Source: Nageia nagi (Eukaryota; Plantae; Pinophyta). Taken from it: a stretch of DNA of 64,000 bases. Location of the stretch: contig JBITNC010000001.1 of NCBI GenBank assembly GCA_050084985.1, positions 159,030,001 through 159,094,000 on the forward strand, given 5' to 3'. Made by a program: the position numbers and the translations under genes. Below, in pieces: positions 28,636 through 42,269 of the stretch; within the stretch, counting starts at the first letter, position 1; each line of letters opens with the position of its first letter. Below the pieces are notes generated by a model. The model was given only the letters and a program-made list of their open reading frames with translations, was not told the DNA's origin and searched no databases.

Positions 28636-29600
28636 TTCTTTTGATCAATTAGGTCCTAAATCTTGTTGAGTAATATCACACAATACTTTATTGCATGTTC
28701 TCGCTATTGGTGATATTCATAAAACTCATTTGATTTGCACTTTTTTGGTACTCTTATTGTAAAGCATGGCTAAGTTACAGGCTTAGGTGATGGGACTAAT
28801 AACTTTCTTTTGATCAAAGCCCTTGTGACCTCATTAATGTCAACATGGATAAGTGTGAATTTTTTTCTAGGAAATTTATGATATTTTGTGTAGATTGATT
28901 TCATATCTTTTTCTAGTTTTCAAACTTCATTTGTTGCTACTATTTTATGTTGTACTAATTCTACTTTGGCAACTATTTTATCTTCTTGAGACTATTCCTT
29001 TTTGTATCGATGTTGAGGTTGTGAAGATGAATTATCCCTGTATTACTTTGATTCAGGTTTTCAATGTCCATATTTGATATTGAAATGTTCCTTTTACAAT
29101 AATGATTGTACAAAATCATTAAGAGGTATTTTGCAAGAGTCAAAATATTCTCCTACATGCTTTGGTTGAAATGCCTCAAGGAAGGCCATGATTTTCATGT
29201 CATCATCTACACAAAACTAATTACCCTTTTTAGTATAAAATATGATAAACTAACCAATAGACTGATCTTCTCTTTGCTTTAGCTTCATCAAGTTATTGAA
29301 TGTAACCTTATTTGCAATGTGGATTTGATAATGATCACAAAATACAATTTTCAATTGTGCAAAATTGGTAATGCTAGCATGTGGCAATTTGCTAAACCAT
29401 TCTATAGCCTCTCTCTTGAGAGACAAAGGGAATAACTTGGCATGCAAGTCCTCATCCAAGGCAAATAAATATACTTCATCAAAAAAATACATACATGAAT
29501 ATAAGGATCAGTAGTACCATCAAATTTTATAAATTTTAACTCTTTTCTAGAGAGTAAGCTGGTATTTCTGATTCACATGCATAAGGGATTGTTATCTTCC
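28636..29600 (-). mobile_element. Gypsy (Ogre/Tat-type) gag remnant of a second, minus-strand element
   Basis: LHAKLFPLSLKREAIEWFSKLP (retrotransposon gag) and C-terminal PRKKFTL...EYHQ*REHAIKYC...I*DLIDQ running up to the truncated Tat LTR. Confidence 0.8.
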
Positions 29601-29877
29601 TTTTGTTGAGTATCTAGGCCCTGACACTTTGTTATTTTCTTTACTTATTGTAACCCTTTAATTCTATCTTGAGTTATAATTGGTAATGCATTCTCCATTA
29701 AGGGTGGTATTGCTATGACTACTTGAATAGCTTTTCTTTATTTTTTAATGGTTGTTCAGAATGTTAACCTTCTTCAAAGGTTGCTAATTATTGTCTAGAT
29801 TTGAAGATTTCAAAAGCTCCTATTTTATCAAATCTATCACAAATTATATTATATAATATTGATGAGATAAACTGTTA

Positions 29878-30202
29878 CCCCTAAACCCTAACCCCCAAAT
29901 ACTAACATGAAACCCTAATCCCTAACCCTTAAAAACTAATCTCTAAATTGTAACCCCTAACTCTAAATACTAATCTTAAACCCAAACCCTTACCCCTAAC
30001 ATTAACCCTAATCTTAATCCTTATCCCTAACCATAACCATAACCTTAACCCTTATACCTAACATAACCCTTACCAATAAATGCTAATCCCCCTTTCTCAA
30101 ATGCTAACCCCTAATCCATAACTCCTAACCCTAAACACTTACCCAAACCTTAATCCTAAACCTAAATACTAATCCTAAACCCTAACCCTTAACCCTATCC
30201 TT
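29878..30202 (+). repeat. Degenerate interstitial telomere-like (CCCTAA/CCCTAAA) tract
   Basis: Dense imperfect AACCCT/CCCTAAA units over ~325 bp. Confidence 0.85.
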
Positions 30203-31149
30203 GAAACACATAGTAAACTTATCTCCAACTCTCTACAATCCTTCTCCTCGAACACTTCAAAATTGCCTCTTTTTATAAGAGAAAGTGAGGTCAATTTTGG
30301 AGTGTTTTACAACAAGAAAATAACCACAAACATACTATTTTTTGATACATAATATTCCCATCTAGATGCAATTCAAACTTGGGCTTAAATTTTTGAGCCA
30401 ATTTCAAAAATTTATTTTTTAACACAAACAAACTCACTCTTTAGAAACATAGTATTAACAAGTCTACAAATAAATTTATCTACCAATCACAAAATACCAA
30501 ACACCTTTACAAATTACAAATCTTCCAAAAATCAAATAATAGGGAGGATTTTATCATAGGGTGCCACTTGGTAGCATCAAAACAAACATCACATGGTCAA
30601 CCAATCTCCAAACTATGGTCATCATTGGTGCCATTCCCCAAGCAATCGGGTTAGACAAAATTGAATGACTTAACAAGTCATGGGATCTATGCCTTTACTC
30701 CCCAAACACTAGCCGTCGAGCTCTCCAAACTTGCAAGTGGTCAAACTATAATCAAGTTTGCTCCAGTTCATTAGGTCCCCATTGGCCACATTGGTAGCTT
30801 GTATCCATTTGGTAGTTGGTGGCTCGATGTCATCTACTAACTACCCATGGTGGCCATTAGATATGAACACATCGGTGGGCTCCACCAACCTTCGCCCTAC
30901 ATCACATCACCTGTTTGCCCTTTGGGCTCTTTTTTAAAAATGCTTCCCATTTTTGGGATTTTAAATATATTTTTTTCAAAATAATTAATTTTATATTTTT
31001 CTTACTTTTGTATTTAATTACAAATACACAAACTTTGGATTTAAATATCTCACACATACAAAACTAGATTCTCGATCAAGAAAAAGCATCATGAAGCTAG
31101 ATATAAACTAAACACCATAAACTTGAGGATACTAGATATCAAGAGGATC

Positions 31150-31610
31150 CAAATTTTGGATCACTTACATTCTTATGTGATCTACATGCACCAAGCAGAC
31201 ACATCCACACACCAAACTTAGATACTATGAAAGAATTTGTATCCCTCATCCACTAGAACTGCATGGTTGCATCCTAGTAGAATACATACAAAGGTTATCC
31301 TATGGTGGCACATGTTGGAAGAATGCCATGGTAGGACATGTTGGAAGAATGTTGGTAAAGGTTGTAGAGTTTGGCTTTACACATGATAATTATATATACT
31401 TAAAAGTCTCTATAACCTTTTCAAAAATCCCATTCTCTATATATCTTGAGATCATTGTAGTCCCTGAGACTGCATGTAGATGAGGTAATTTTATCAAACA
31501 ATTCATGATTCCTTTAAACATATCCATTTTTTGCATATCTTGAGATCATTACATTTTATGAAACTATTTCTACATCACGCATCTTGTCAAATAATTCACT
31601 AGACAATATA
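31150..31610 (-). pseudogene. Scrambled PLS PPR fragments
   Basis: Minus-strand ELFDKM...ISRYAKNG, VKPNSTTFTNILPTC and FVCILLGCNHAVLVDEG pieces. Confidence 0.8.
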
Positions 31611-31795
31611 CATAGGTAGTTACATTTACTTTATAATAGGATGTCAATAATAAATAACATTGTCTATTTGTCCAAAATACAAATATTTAATAACAATACT
31701 TTTTGAAAAAATGAAATTAAACATGGTTTCCTTTCTATCTGAAAGCATGCACCACATTATTTTACAACACTCTTTAGGTTTTTCATTACATTGAA

Positions 31796-33815
31796 TTATT
31801 AGTAATCTCCACAAGAATATTCTCCATGTTTTAAACGATGGAATTAATTTACATCCCTCATAATAATAGCCCTTGCAACAATATTGGAGATAAACTTGGT
31901 TGGTGTGTGGCATTCATCACAAATTTTAATGTTCTTCACAACTCTAATAATAGTTTTGGATGAAGTCTTTAACAACCCAAATGTAATTGCCAACTTTATG
32001 TTATGCTGGTAGAGAAGCAATTATTTACTGTTAGCCTCCATGTCATGCAACATAGGTATTATATTTAGAATATACCTTGTTTCCTTCATCTCACTCAATA
32101 ATTTCTTCAATTTTCAATAGATCACCTACATTTTTGAGTGTGATTTGTTAACTTCAATCCAACTACATCCAAGTGTATTCTTAATTCCTCTATCTTTCAT
32201 CAATGTTCTTACTCTTTGAACATTATTCCAACTGCCCACTTTAGTATCAATATTTGAAAGAATAACATAATATGAAGCTTTTTTAGGTTCCAAAAAAAAA
32301 GGATTGTTGCCACAAATTCCTCTATTCCTACACTATTATGTGATCTACAAATACAAATCATACATATCAACACACTCCATTCAGGTTTTATGGGCATCCT
32401 ACCAATGAAGTTTAAAACTTCCCCAATATACCTTGCATAGCCAAGAATGTTAGTAATACAGGTATAATTATTCATCACAAGAAAAATGTAATAAAATTCA
32501 CTCATGCTATTAAAGTATTGATAGCCCTCATCCACTAGACATGCATGATTGTATTCTTCCACATTTTATGTACATATCTATCATGGCATTCATGACCATA
32601 GTATTTCATGAAAAAATATTTTCAACTACTCTTTTATGGATTCCCATACCTTATTCTAGAGATTCAATAGTGGCACATGCTAGAAGAATGTTGGCAAAGA
32701 TTATAGAGATTGGCTTTACACATGATAATTGCATCTACTTAAAATTCTCTAGAGCCCTTTTAAAAAACCCTTTTCTACATATCTTGTGATCATTGTAGTC
32801 CATTAGATTGCATTTTGATGAGGTAATTTTGTCAAACAATTCATAGTCCCTTTCAACATATCCATTTTGGCATATCCTCATATCATTGCATTCCATGCAA
32901 CTATGTTCAAATCATGACAAATTATTCATAGGATTTGTGTATTCTTCAATATTTTGCATACATATCTATCAAGGGATTCACAACCATACCATTTGATGAA
33001 AAGCTACTTTCAACTATTCTTTGATGGATGCTCATACCTTCATCTAGAGCTTCCATGGTGTTACATGTTAGAAGAATGTTGGCAAAGGTTGTAGAGTTTG
33101 GCTTTACACCTAAAAATTGCATATACTTAAAGTATCCAGATCCTTTTCAAAAAACCCATTTTCTACATATCTTGTAATTATTGCAGTCCATGAGACTGCA
33201 TTTCAATGAGGTAATTTTGTCAAACATTCCATTGTCCCTTTCGATGTATCCATTTTATGCATATCCTAAGATCATTGCATTCCATGAAACTATCTTTAAA
33301 TAATGCATCTTGTCAAATAATTCTTGAGCTTTGTGCATTCTTCAATAAGTTACATACATGTCTATCAAGGCATTCACAACCATGGCATTTAATACAAAAC
33401 CATTTTATACTACTCTTTAATGGATGCCCATACCTTCTTCTAGAGCTGCCATGGTGGCACATGTTGGAAGAATGTTAGCAAAGGTTGTAGATTTTGGCTT
33501 TACACCTGACAATTGCATATGCTTAAAAATCTCCAGAGCCTTTATAGAAACCCATTTTTTGCATATCCTATGATCATTGCAATCCATGAAATTGCATTTT
33601 GATGAGGTAATTTTGTCAAACAATTCATGGTTCCTTTCAACTTATCCATTTTTTGCATATCTTGAGATCATTACGTTCCATGAAATTGTGTTTGAATCAT
33701 GCATCTTATCAAACAATTCCTTATCTTTGTATATTCTTCCACATTTTGCATACATGTCTATCAGGGCATTCACAACTACATAATTCAATGAAAACCCATT
33801 TTTAACTACTCTTTG
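31796..33815 (-). pseudogene. PLS-class PPR pseudogene with E/E+ and full-length decayed DYW domain
   Basis: Repeated P-L-S motifs, then NHACLVDEGYQYF...MPIKP (E1), LHDMEA...HNIKLAITFGLL...VVKNIKICDECHT...RDVN*FHRLKHGEYSCGDY** (terminal W codon read as TAA at 31799-31801); many frameshifts. Confidence 0.92.
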
Positions 33816-33889
33816 ATATCAATATTGTCTGTACCAAATTACCAATATGTAATATCAATATTTTGTATTAGATACTATTTATTTGAGAT

Positions 33890-35290
33890 GTTAAATAAAT
33901 TTTTTTTAATTTTTTATAGTTTGAGATGGAAAAAAAATATGATGAAAGTTGCATCAAAAACCTTATCCCTTGAACAAATAGAGGTGTTGCAAGGTGGTGA
34001 TGGGCCTTCTTCAATACACAACAACTTACCTTTGAATCCTATGACTCCATGAGGTAATATATTAGTTTGATTTCTTAATTTTTTAAAAATAATTGAAATG
34101 TATCATATTTAAATAAGTTTAAGTTTTATTTTGTTAAAGATGATGTAAGTATTGGAAGTGCAACTTTAGTAAATCAAGAGCCCTGTATCATTTCAACATT
34201 TATTGGAGAATGAGAAATAACCATCAAAATTAAAGCAAATGATGGTAAAATTTAATGCTTGAAAATTATTTATTTATATATTATTTTGCAATATATTAAT
34301 TTACTAGTATTTTTCAAACATTGTTCAGGGTCTTTTTTTTCGCAACCCTTAGGAAGCACACCTATCAAGAATTCAATGGCACATTGGACATTGAATAGAA
34401 GAACCAAAGCATCAAGGGTATGTATTTTTTAGTACATTTATTTTAATTTTCAAAAGGATTAATTTACCAAAAAAATATTAACTAGTTTTTTTTTTTGTAT
34501 TTTGCAAGAAAACATAGAATAATTCAAATGCTCAAACAAGATTTTGGTGATGGATGGAGTGCAAAAAAAGTACTCAATAGGGCAGGATGAAGCTTGAGGA
34601 AAAAATGAGATAAGATAAGAATCATGATTAAAAATAAACCACCAAATGAATATTTGACTAGTAAACCACTTGAGATTGACAAGATAGTATGGAAGAAAAT
34701 GGTAAAAAAAAGTGAATTATGATGAAGGATAAGAAAGAACCTTAGATATACCCTCAACACAAGAAAAAGTTACAAAAGTGTGATTAAGTAGCTTGCATTC
34801 CAGTATACATTGGACTGGGAGCATTGGAAGACATGGGATTGAGGGAAAGTTTGTGAGTATAGTTATCTCATTATTTAATATTTTAAAATGAATAGATAAA
34901 TATGTATTTTATATTATTTAATTTGATAATTTTTTGTATATTTACAAATATGGACTCTTTCACATTGAAAAATAAAATAATTATGACATTAGAAATAGAT
35001 TCCAAAAGTTAGTAGCTATGATGGAGGAGGTGGTAAGTAATCAGTAACATTTAAATTGATACGTAAGATTTTTAAATTTTGATTATTTTATTATTATTTG
35101 CAATGTACAACTTTAGAGCCATGACTTGTGCTTCATGAGGATCCATATGATGCAAATTAGGATCCACCTGCTAAGAACGAGGAATCACATTAGGATGAGG
35201 ATATGCGTGTTCATTATGATAGTGGTCTTGGTGGAGTTGCTGTTGGTGGTAGTGTTGATGATGATGAACATATAAACAATTATGAATTAC
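33890..35290 (+). pseudogene. Multi-exon transposon gene remnant, possibly CACTA TnpA-like
   Basis: Short exon-like blocks bounded by GTAA/GTAT and AT-rich introns; peptide IIQMLKQDFGDGWSAKKVLNRAG*SLRKK...KPLEIDKIVWKKMV...HWTGSIG loosely resembles Ptta/En/Spm TnpA. Confidence 0.4.
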
Positions 35291-35517
35291 GATTAAATTT
35301 TTAGAAACTTTATAAATTTTTGAATGTATGACATTTATGATTAATTATGATGATAATCAAATTTTTAATAGTACAAATTATTGAATGTTAAATTTCCCAA
35401 TTTAGTGTATGCTTTAATGATGTTGGCAAAGTTGAATTGATCATGTTGGATTATTTTTGTTGTTTGTTGCATTATGTGAAACTATGTTTGCATCATGCAT
35501 CTTGTCAAACAATTCCT

Positions 35518-38500
35518 TGTTAGGAACCTACAAGTTCCTAAATGGATTCTTGCTAAATAACAATGAAAGATAATAACAAAATGTATCTCAATCTCACAAC
35601 ACAAGCAATATGAATCTGAATAGAGAAAGATAATAATAGAATCACTTTATTGAATAACCAAAATGAATCACAAGCCACTTTAAGGGTGCTACCTCCTTAC
35701 AACTCAAACAATATATTTTTCAAGATGATAACTATTCTATTCCAACACATATTTATAGTCTGCTTACCCTAACCCTAATTAGTCGCTTAATACCAAATGA
35801 TGATTTGCCTTACAAATATGTGGGTTCCCTAACATTTCATATAAGTTGATATTCTAATTAATGAACAACTATAATCTAAGTAAATGTTAGGATATGGGAT
35901 CCTAACATGCCACCCCTCATAAAGAGAACTTTTTACTCAAAGTTAAAAAAAAAATAGCAAATTGTTGTTAAATATCATGGAGTGTATCCAAAGTTGCATC
36001 TTCAAGAGGTAATTTGTTCCATTAGAAAAGAACTTCAGTAATAGTACAGTTACAAACTTGGCATGTGTATTGGTCTAGAATGGCCTCAAGTTCAACCATG
36101 ATGGACCCTTCCTCAATGAATTCAAATAATTCCATCTGAATTGTATCCTAAGAGCCTAAGACTTACTTAAGGTAGGAGACATGAAAAAAAGGATGAATCT
36201 TGGATGATGTCAGGAGTGACAACTTGTATGTTGTAGGGCCAATATGTTGATAATTTTATAAGGTCCATAAAATAGTAAAGCTAATTTTTGAGAACCTTTT
36301 AATTTGAGAGAGGTATGTTGGTATGGTTGGAGACTTAAGAAAACCATGTCTCCTTCCTAGAATTTCCTTCCAACCTATTGTTGATCAGCATATTGTTTCA
36401 TCTAATGTTGAGCCACTTGAAGATTTTCCCAAAGGATGCGAATGATGTTTGCATGATTGGTTAAGGTGGTGTTGACTGCTTGGAATTGGTACTACTTGGA
36501 ATGTAAGAGATGACTATGGGTGGGGGTTGGCCATACAGAGCTTCATAGGGGGTCATCCTAATAGAAGTATGATATGAAGTATTAGATCAACATTCTACTA
36601 AAGGAAGCCATCTTATCCAATGAACTGATTGACCTGAAGTAAAATAACATAGATATGTTTCCGAGCATTTATTAACAATCTTTGTTTAACCATCTATCTA
36701 GGGGTGATAAGCAAAGATCATATTGAGTGTAGTTCCTTGGAGTTTGAAAAATTCTTTCCAAAATTTGTTGGTGAATGCTAAATCATGATCACTAACAATA
36801 ATATAAGGTATGCCATGTAGTTTGAAAATATTATCAAGAAATATTTGGGCAACATTGATGTCCTTATATGGATGTACCAATGGGAAGAAGTATGCATACT
36901 TGGAGAGTCGATCCACTACTACCATGATAGCAACTTTGCCATATGGTTTTGGAAGACCTCCAATAAAATACATTAAAATATCTATCCAAGTTCACTCTAG
37001 TATGGGTAATGGTTGAAGCATTCTAGGGGTTCCCAATGTCTCCCCTTTTTGTTACTGACAAACATCACATTTGGATATAAACTTATTGATTTCATGTTTC
37101 ATACCCGAATAATAAAAAGAGCAGATCACTCATTGATAGGTTTTCAAAAACCCAAAATGGCCAACTATTGGTGTAGCATGCAACTCTTGAAGTATCAACT
37201 CATGATATTTAGAGTTCATCAATAATGCAATACAACCTTTGAATTGTAAAATTCCCTCATGCCAATAAAATGGGGGTTTTCTCATCATATCTATCTACAA
37301 CTATTGAATAACTGAGTTGGTGAAACTATCTTAGATTCATTCTTATTTAACCTTATCGAGCCAGTTAGGAACTAGAAATGAAAGGGTTTAAAGTGCCACC
37401 TCAAATTTTTGCAAAAAAGCATTGGCAACTACATTCTCACTAGCCTTTCTATACACAATCTCATGGTCATACCCCAAGAATTTAGGGATCCACTTTTGTT
37501 GTTCCATGGTGGAGATGCATTGTTCTAGTAAGTATTCCAAACTATGGTGGTCAATTCTAATGATAAAATGGTGACCAATGAGGTAGGTCTCTGACACTAA
37601 ATGACATGAATGATTTTAAGCATTTATTATTCATAAATGGATTTAGCCATGTTTCTACCTAAGAGGGCCTTGCTTGTGAAATCCAAGGGTTACCCTTCCT
37701 ACATCAGCACAACTCCAATTCTAACCCCAGAGGCATCACTCTCAATGATGAAGGTCTTAAAGAAATTTAGCATGGCCAATACTAGAGTAGAGCACATGGT
37801 AGCCTTCAGTTGCTAAAAGGATTCTTTTGTAGTTGCTAATCAATTGAAGGCATTCTTCTTGAGCAAGGTTGTGAGTGGGTATATAATATTTCCATAATCT
37901 TTCACAAACTTATAGTAGTACCTTATAAATCCAAGAAGCCTCATAACCATTTCAAGGATTTAAAGAGAGGCCAAGTTTGCATATCCTTAATATTCAATGG
38001 GCCCACATTGATAACTTCTTCTGAAATAATGTGTCCAAGGTACTCGAGCTCTTATTGACCAAAGGAACATTTAAAGCAATTAGCATACAACTAACTCTCG
38101 TGGAGAAGTTCTAAATTCTAATCTAACTAGGATAAGTGATCCTTCTAAGTTTTACTATATATCAAAATATCATGAAAGAAAACTAAAATAAATTTTCAAA
38201 GATAAGGGCAAAATACTTGGTTCATCAAACTCTGAAAGGAAGAAGGAGCATTGGTAAGATTGAAGGGCCTTACTAAGAACTCATAATGATCTTCATGCAT
38301 GCAAAAAGCAATTTTGGGGATGTCTTCCTTGCATATCCAAATTTGATGGTACCCAAGATCAAGGATCTAACTTGGAGAATTATTTGGCAACATGGAGTTC
38401 ATCAATGATCGAAATGGGAAACTTATCCTTGATGGTGATTTTGTTCATAACTTGAAATTTCATGCATATCCATCATGATCCATATTTTTTGTGAACCAAT

Positions 38501-40600
38501 AGAATTGGAGAAGAGTAAGGACTAACACTTGGGAGAATGATGCCATCTTCTAACATATATTTCACTAGCTTTTCTATTTCATCCTTCTAGAGAAAGGCAT
38601 AGTGGTAAGGATGAATGTTGGGTGGTTGAATCCCAAGGATTAATTAGATTGCATGGTCATGAGGATGATGAGGTGGAAACTCGTAGGGTTATTCAAAGAC
38701 TCTGGTATGATACTTGTTGTAATTCTTATACTTTGGGTGAGTCTTTCAGGGTTTTCTAAATAAAGAATAGTTGTCCCACAATTCCCTTACATCCTTTCTT
38801 CAATATTTTCTCCATCCGATGTGAAATAATAATTTTTTATTACCTTGCCTTAATTCCTTTGAGAGTATATTTATTCTCATCAACTTTGAATTACATACAC
38901 AGCTCATGAAAATCCCAAAGAATAAGGCCCAATGTCATCAACCATTGTATATCAAGGACCACATCACACCCACCTAATGGTAGAACATACATGTCACTTT
39001 GCATCTTGTAATCACCCATGCTAAGCTTGATATTGCAACACAATTCTTTGTAAGCAATTTTTCCATTGCCTATCATCACCTTAAAATTATTATATGGATA
39101 AATATAAGAGTGGTTCCTTTTGGCCACATCAAGATCCATAAAATTATGAGTGCTTTCAAAGGCAAGCAATATTATCAATAGTTATCCCTTAAAATATCTT
39201 CAAACTTTCATGGTTTGTGGAGATGTAAACCCATAGAGGGCATTGCAAGAAATTTCAAGAACAAATTCAATTTATTGGTCTAATTCCTCTTCAATATCTA
39301 CCATAGCATCCTCAAAACCCTCTTCTAATAGGCCCACAGGGGCATTCACATATAGGACATATAATTTTTGAGTTGCACAATGATGGCCCGATGTAAATTT
39401 TTCATCGTAATTATAACAAAGCCCTTTTTGTCCTGCACTCCTCCATCTGAATAGGAGTTAATATTTTAATTAGTATGGATTGTAGTGGTTTGTGACCACT
39501 TTGGAAAGTTTTTAGTTTCCAAGTGGCTTGCTTGGTGTTTTTGCATTGTACACTAAGCTTATCCTCTTCCAATTTAGCCTTATTGTTGTTGTCATGTTGC
39601 TAGGATTGAACATTTTGACTTACATTTGAATTTCTTCCTTTAGCCTACTAATGAAACAACTATGAAAGAATCCCTCCTTTGATCCTTTAGTAGGATTAGC
39701 AAGATTTTCAAATTCAATTTAGTATTCTCTCGTTGTAGTCATTTGCAACAATTTGGTGATGGTGCCAGTGAAATACTTAAAATCACTACGACCAAATCTA
39801 ACAAGTAGGTTACAGGTGAAATCCCCCAAGATGAGCTATCATTTACCTTTTGGATGGCTTCATGCTCTAGATGAAAAGAACCAAGGTTCACCTTTTGAGC
39901 ATTGGGTATTTGATTTAAGGAGAAATATTGCTCAACCCAATATATTCATCTAGTGGGATCATCACCATCAAATTTTGGAAAGTCCAATTTGGTTGTACAT
40001 GGAATAATAAAGGATTTTTGCTATCATTGAAAGTTATGGAAGACTTAGCCAATATATGGTTGAGATTTACTTGATCCACTTACAATTGATGATGTGTTAT
40101 GAATAGTGGCTTGCTCCAAGACTTGAACCTTTCAATTCGTATTACCATAAGCAGTAGTTATCGCTTTAATTAATTTTTTTAGTTCATCAAGAGGAGTGAA
40201 GAGGTGAGAATCACCTATTGGGTATTTAATATGGTCTATTCAATATGATAATTTATCCATATCCAAAGATCTTAGATTGTAAGCCATCTGACTATTTCAA
40301 GAACTATTATTTTTAGAAACTATAATTTTTGAAAATTGAAAAAGTGTATGGGTGATATATATCAAAATGATTAGCATGAAAAAATTATCACAATGGGATA
40401 TGTCCTAAAATCATGATTTGCAAGATAAAGGCCTCCAAAATTCTTTTCCTATTTTAGCAGTTACTATTTATGGTAAGGAAAAATAGGGTTCTGTAAGGAA
40501 AAAAGGTTGTTTCATAAATGGTAGTAACTTGCAATATGGAGGTTGTGGCATAGTGAAGAGAAGGAAAATTAGAAGAGCATGATGCAAGAATGGCATGGTG
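35518..40600 (-). mobile_element. Ty3/Gypsy chromovirus, decayed, 5' LTR missing; 3' LTR 35518-35907
   Basis: Order gag - protease (LGGCDVVLDIQWL) - RT - RNase H (IRIDHHSLEYLLEQ) - integrase (VVVDRLSKYAYF) - chromodomain-like (WNKLPLEDAT); PPT GAGGGGTGG; LTR TGTTAGG...CCTAACA abutting PPR sequence ELFDKMHDANIVS (35477-35517). Confidence 0.9.
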
Positions 40601-41105
40601 CAAATGAAGGTCATAGATATGGTGGGAAAAAAATTCGACCCAATTTCTAAAAATAATTTGGCAGAGTTTCTGTTGTAAAATGGATATCCATACCTTGTTG
40701 TAGCATCCCTTTTTGATAAAAAATAAATAAATTTGGAATCCTAGAGATTCCCTTTTTATAAATAATTTGCTTATACAATAGTAGTAACTTGGGATAGAAT
40801 ATAACGATCCTATGGACCCACATTGTGAGACTCAAAGTGGGACATCTTCCTCTCAAGATTAGGATGAATTATTTATTGTTAATTTGATGTACTTGAGGAT
40901 AGAGTTCACCATAGGTCTTAGATATTTTATTAAACTTGTTCATTGGATAAAGCATCTTGTGGGAAATGTTTTGATAGGTTACATGGCATGGTTTCATTAG
41001 GAAATAAAAGAGTTATGACCTCTTGAAGTTCCCCAATTGTACCAATATTTCGTATCGTGATCTCTCACAAAAATCTAGAAACATCTCCATATTGACCCTT
41101 CGGAG

Positions 41106-42268
41106 TGTGATGTCCCTCTCCTTGGGATATGACTTAATTATAAACTATATTCAGGTGTGAGCTTGTTAATTAAGAGTAGATTAAGTGTGATGTATAATAA
41201 TAATAATGGAGGCCACTTGTATGAGTTGTAATACATGATTTCAACGTAAGTAATAATTGTAAATGCAATATTAGTCTCCAATAATGAGATGTTACATATA
41301 TATCCATTGGATCTTGTAATTATTGGTATCCCTAGGCAACATTGGCTTATGTATAATTCCTAGATGCATTGGGGAGCATATCTAACTCACATCTAGCATT
41401 TGGAGCATCTAGGAGGCTAAAGTTGAGATTGGGGAGGTTGGGGATGACTTCTAAGTGAGATCTAGATCCACAGACATGTCATAAAAGGCAAAGGATCCTC
41501 ATTGTAGAGATAGACTTTATTTTATATTGAAATCCAAATTTATTATTCAAGACTTACAGAATCAAGCACCCTTAGGTGTAGCGCATAAGAAGAGTTCAAA
41601 AGGCTTGGAACACCTTTTGACTAGCAGTTGGTGTGAATTTCCATGCTGTGAGTTTTTCCTACTCTAAGGCATACACAAGTAGTCTACATCTTTGAATCCA
41701 TCCAATGGCATTTTGGAATCACATTCGTTGTTTTCATCGAGAGCTAGCCTATGAGGGAGTACTTCAATGTGGTATCCATAGATCTCATAGAGTGTGATTA
41801 TTCTATAGTAGTTTCAGTAGTAATATCCATCTATGCATAGTTATGTACCCTATTTGGCTCCTTGGAGACCAACGTTGAGCCCTTTGGGCCATGTATTGTA
41901 TCTTTCTCAGCATATATCATTTATACAATCATGGCACCATTGTTCTCAATTCATTATATCATATTTATGTGTGTTTGACTTGTTCATGCTTCCATATATG
42001 CAATGTTGAGAAATTTAGTATAATTATGCTTATATAAGTGATTCGTTAACATTCCTAGACTATTTTGTTCTTGATTGAAGTATTCTTAGGTGTGAAATTG
42101 GCTCATAGAAGTGATATCTTGATTGAGTAGTGCATCGTTAGGCTTTTTGGTATTTAGTATGACTTGTTTGATGCCCTAGATTAGTTCATGGCATGCCTAG
42201 GAGCATTTGATATTTAATTTATATTTGCTTGGCTAATTTCCACGTTGAGGTTGAATTGGGATTTTACA
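41106..42268 (+). mobile_element. LTR-like segment (~1.16 kb) of a truncated retroelement
   Basis: TGTGATGTCCC...GGGATTTTACA imperfect inverted ends; PPR sequence resumes immediately after; no TSD found. Confidence 0.5.
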
Positions 42269-42269
42269 T

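Noticed and set aside
29878-30202. True telomere or chromosome end
   Set aside because: Short, highly degenerate and internal to TE sequence.
40660-40710. Separate PPR gene at GMLQQGMDIH
   Set aside because: Only about 10 codons of similarity; too short to call, and could be a small remnant or chance.
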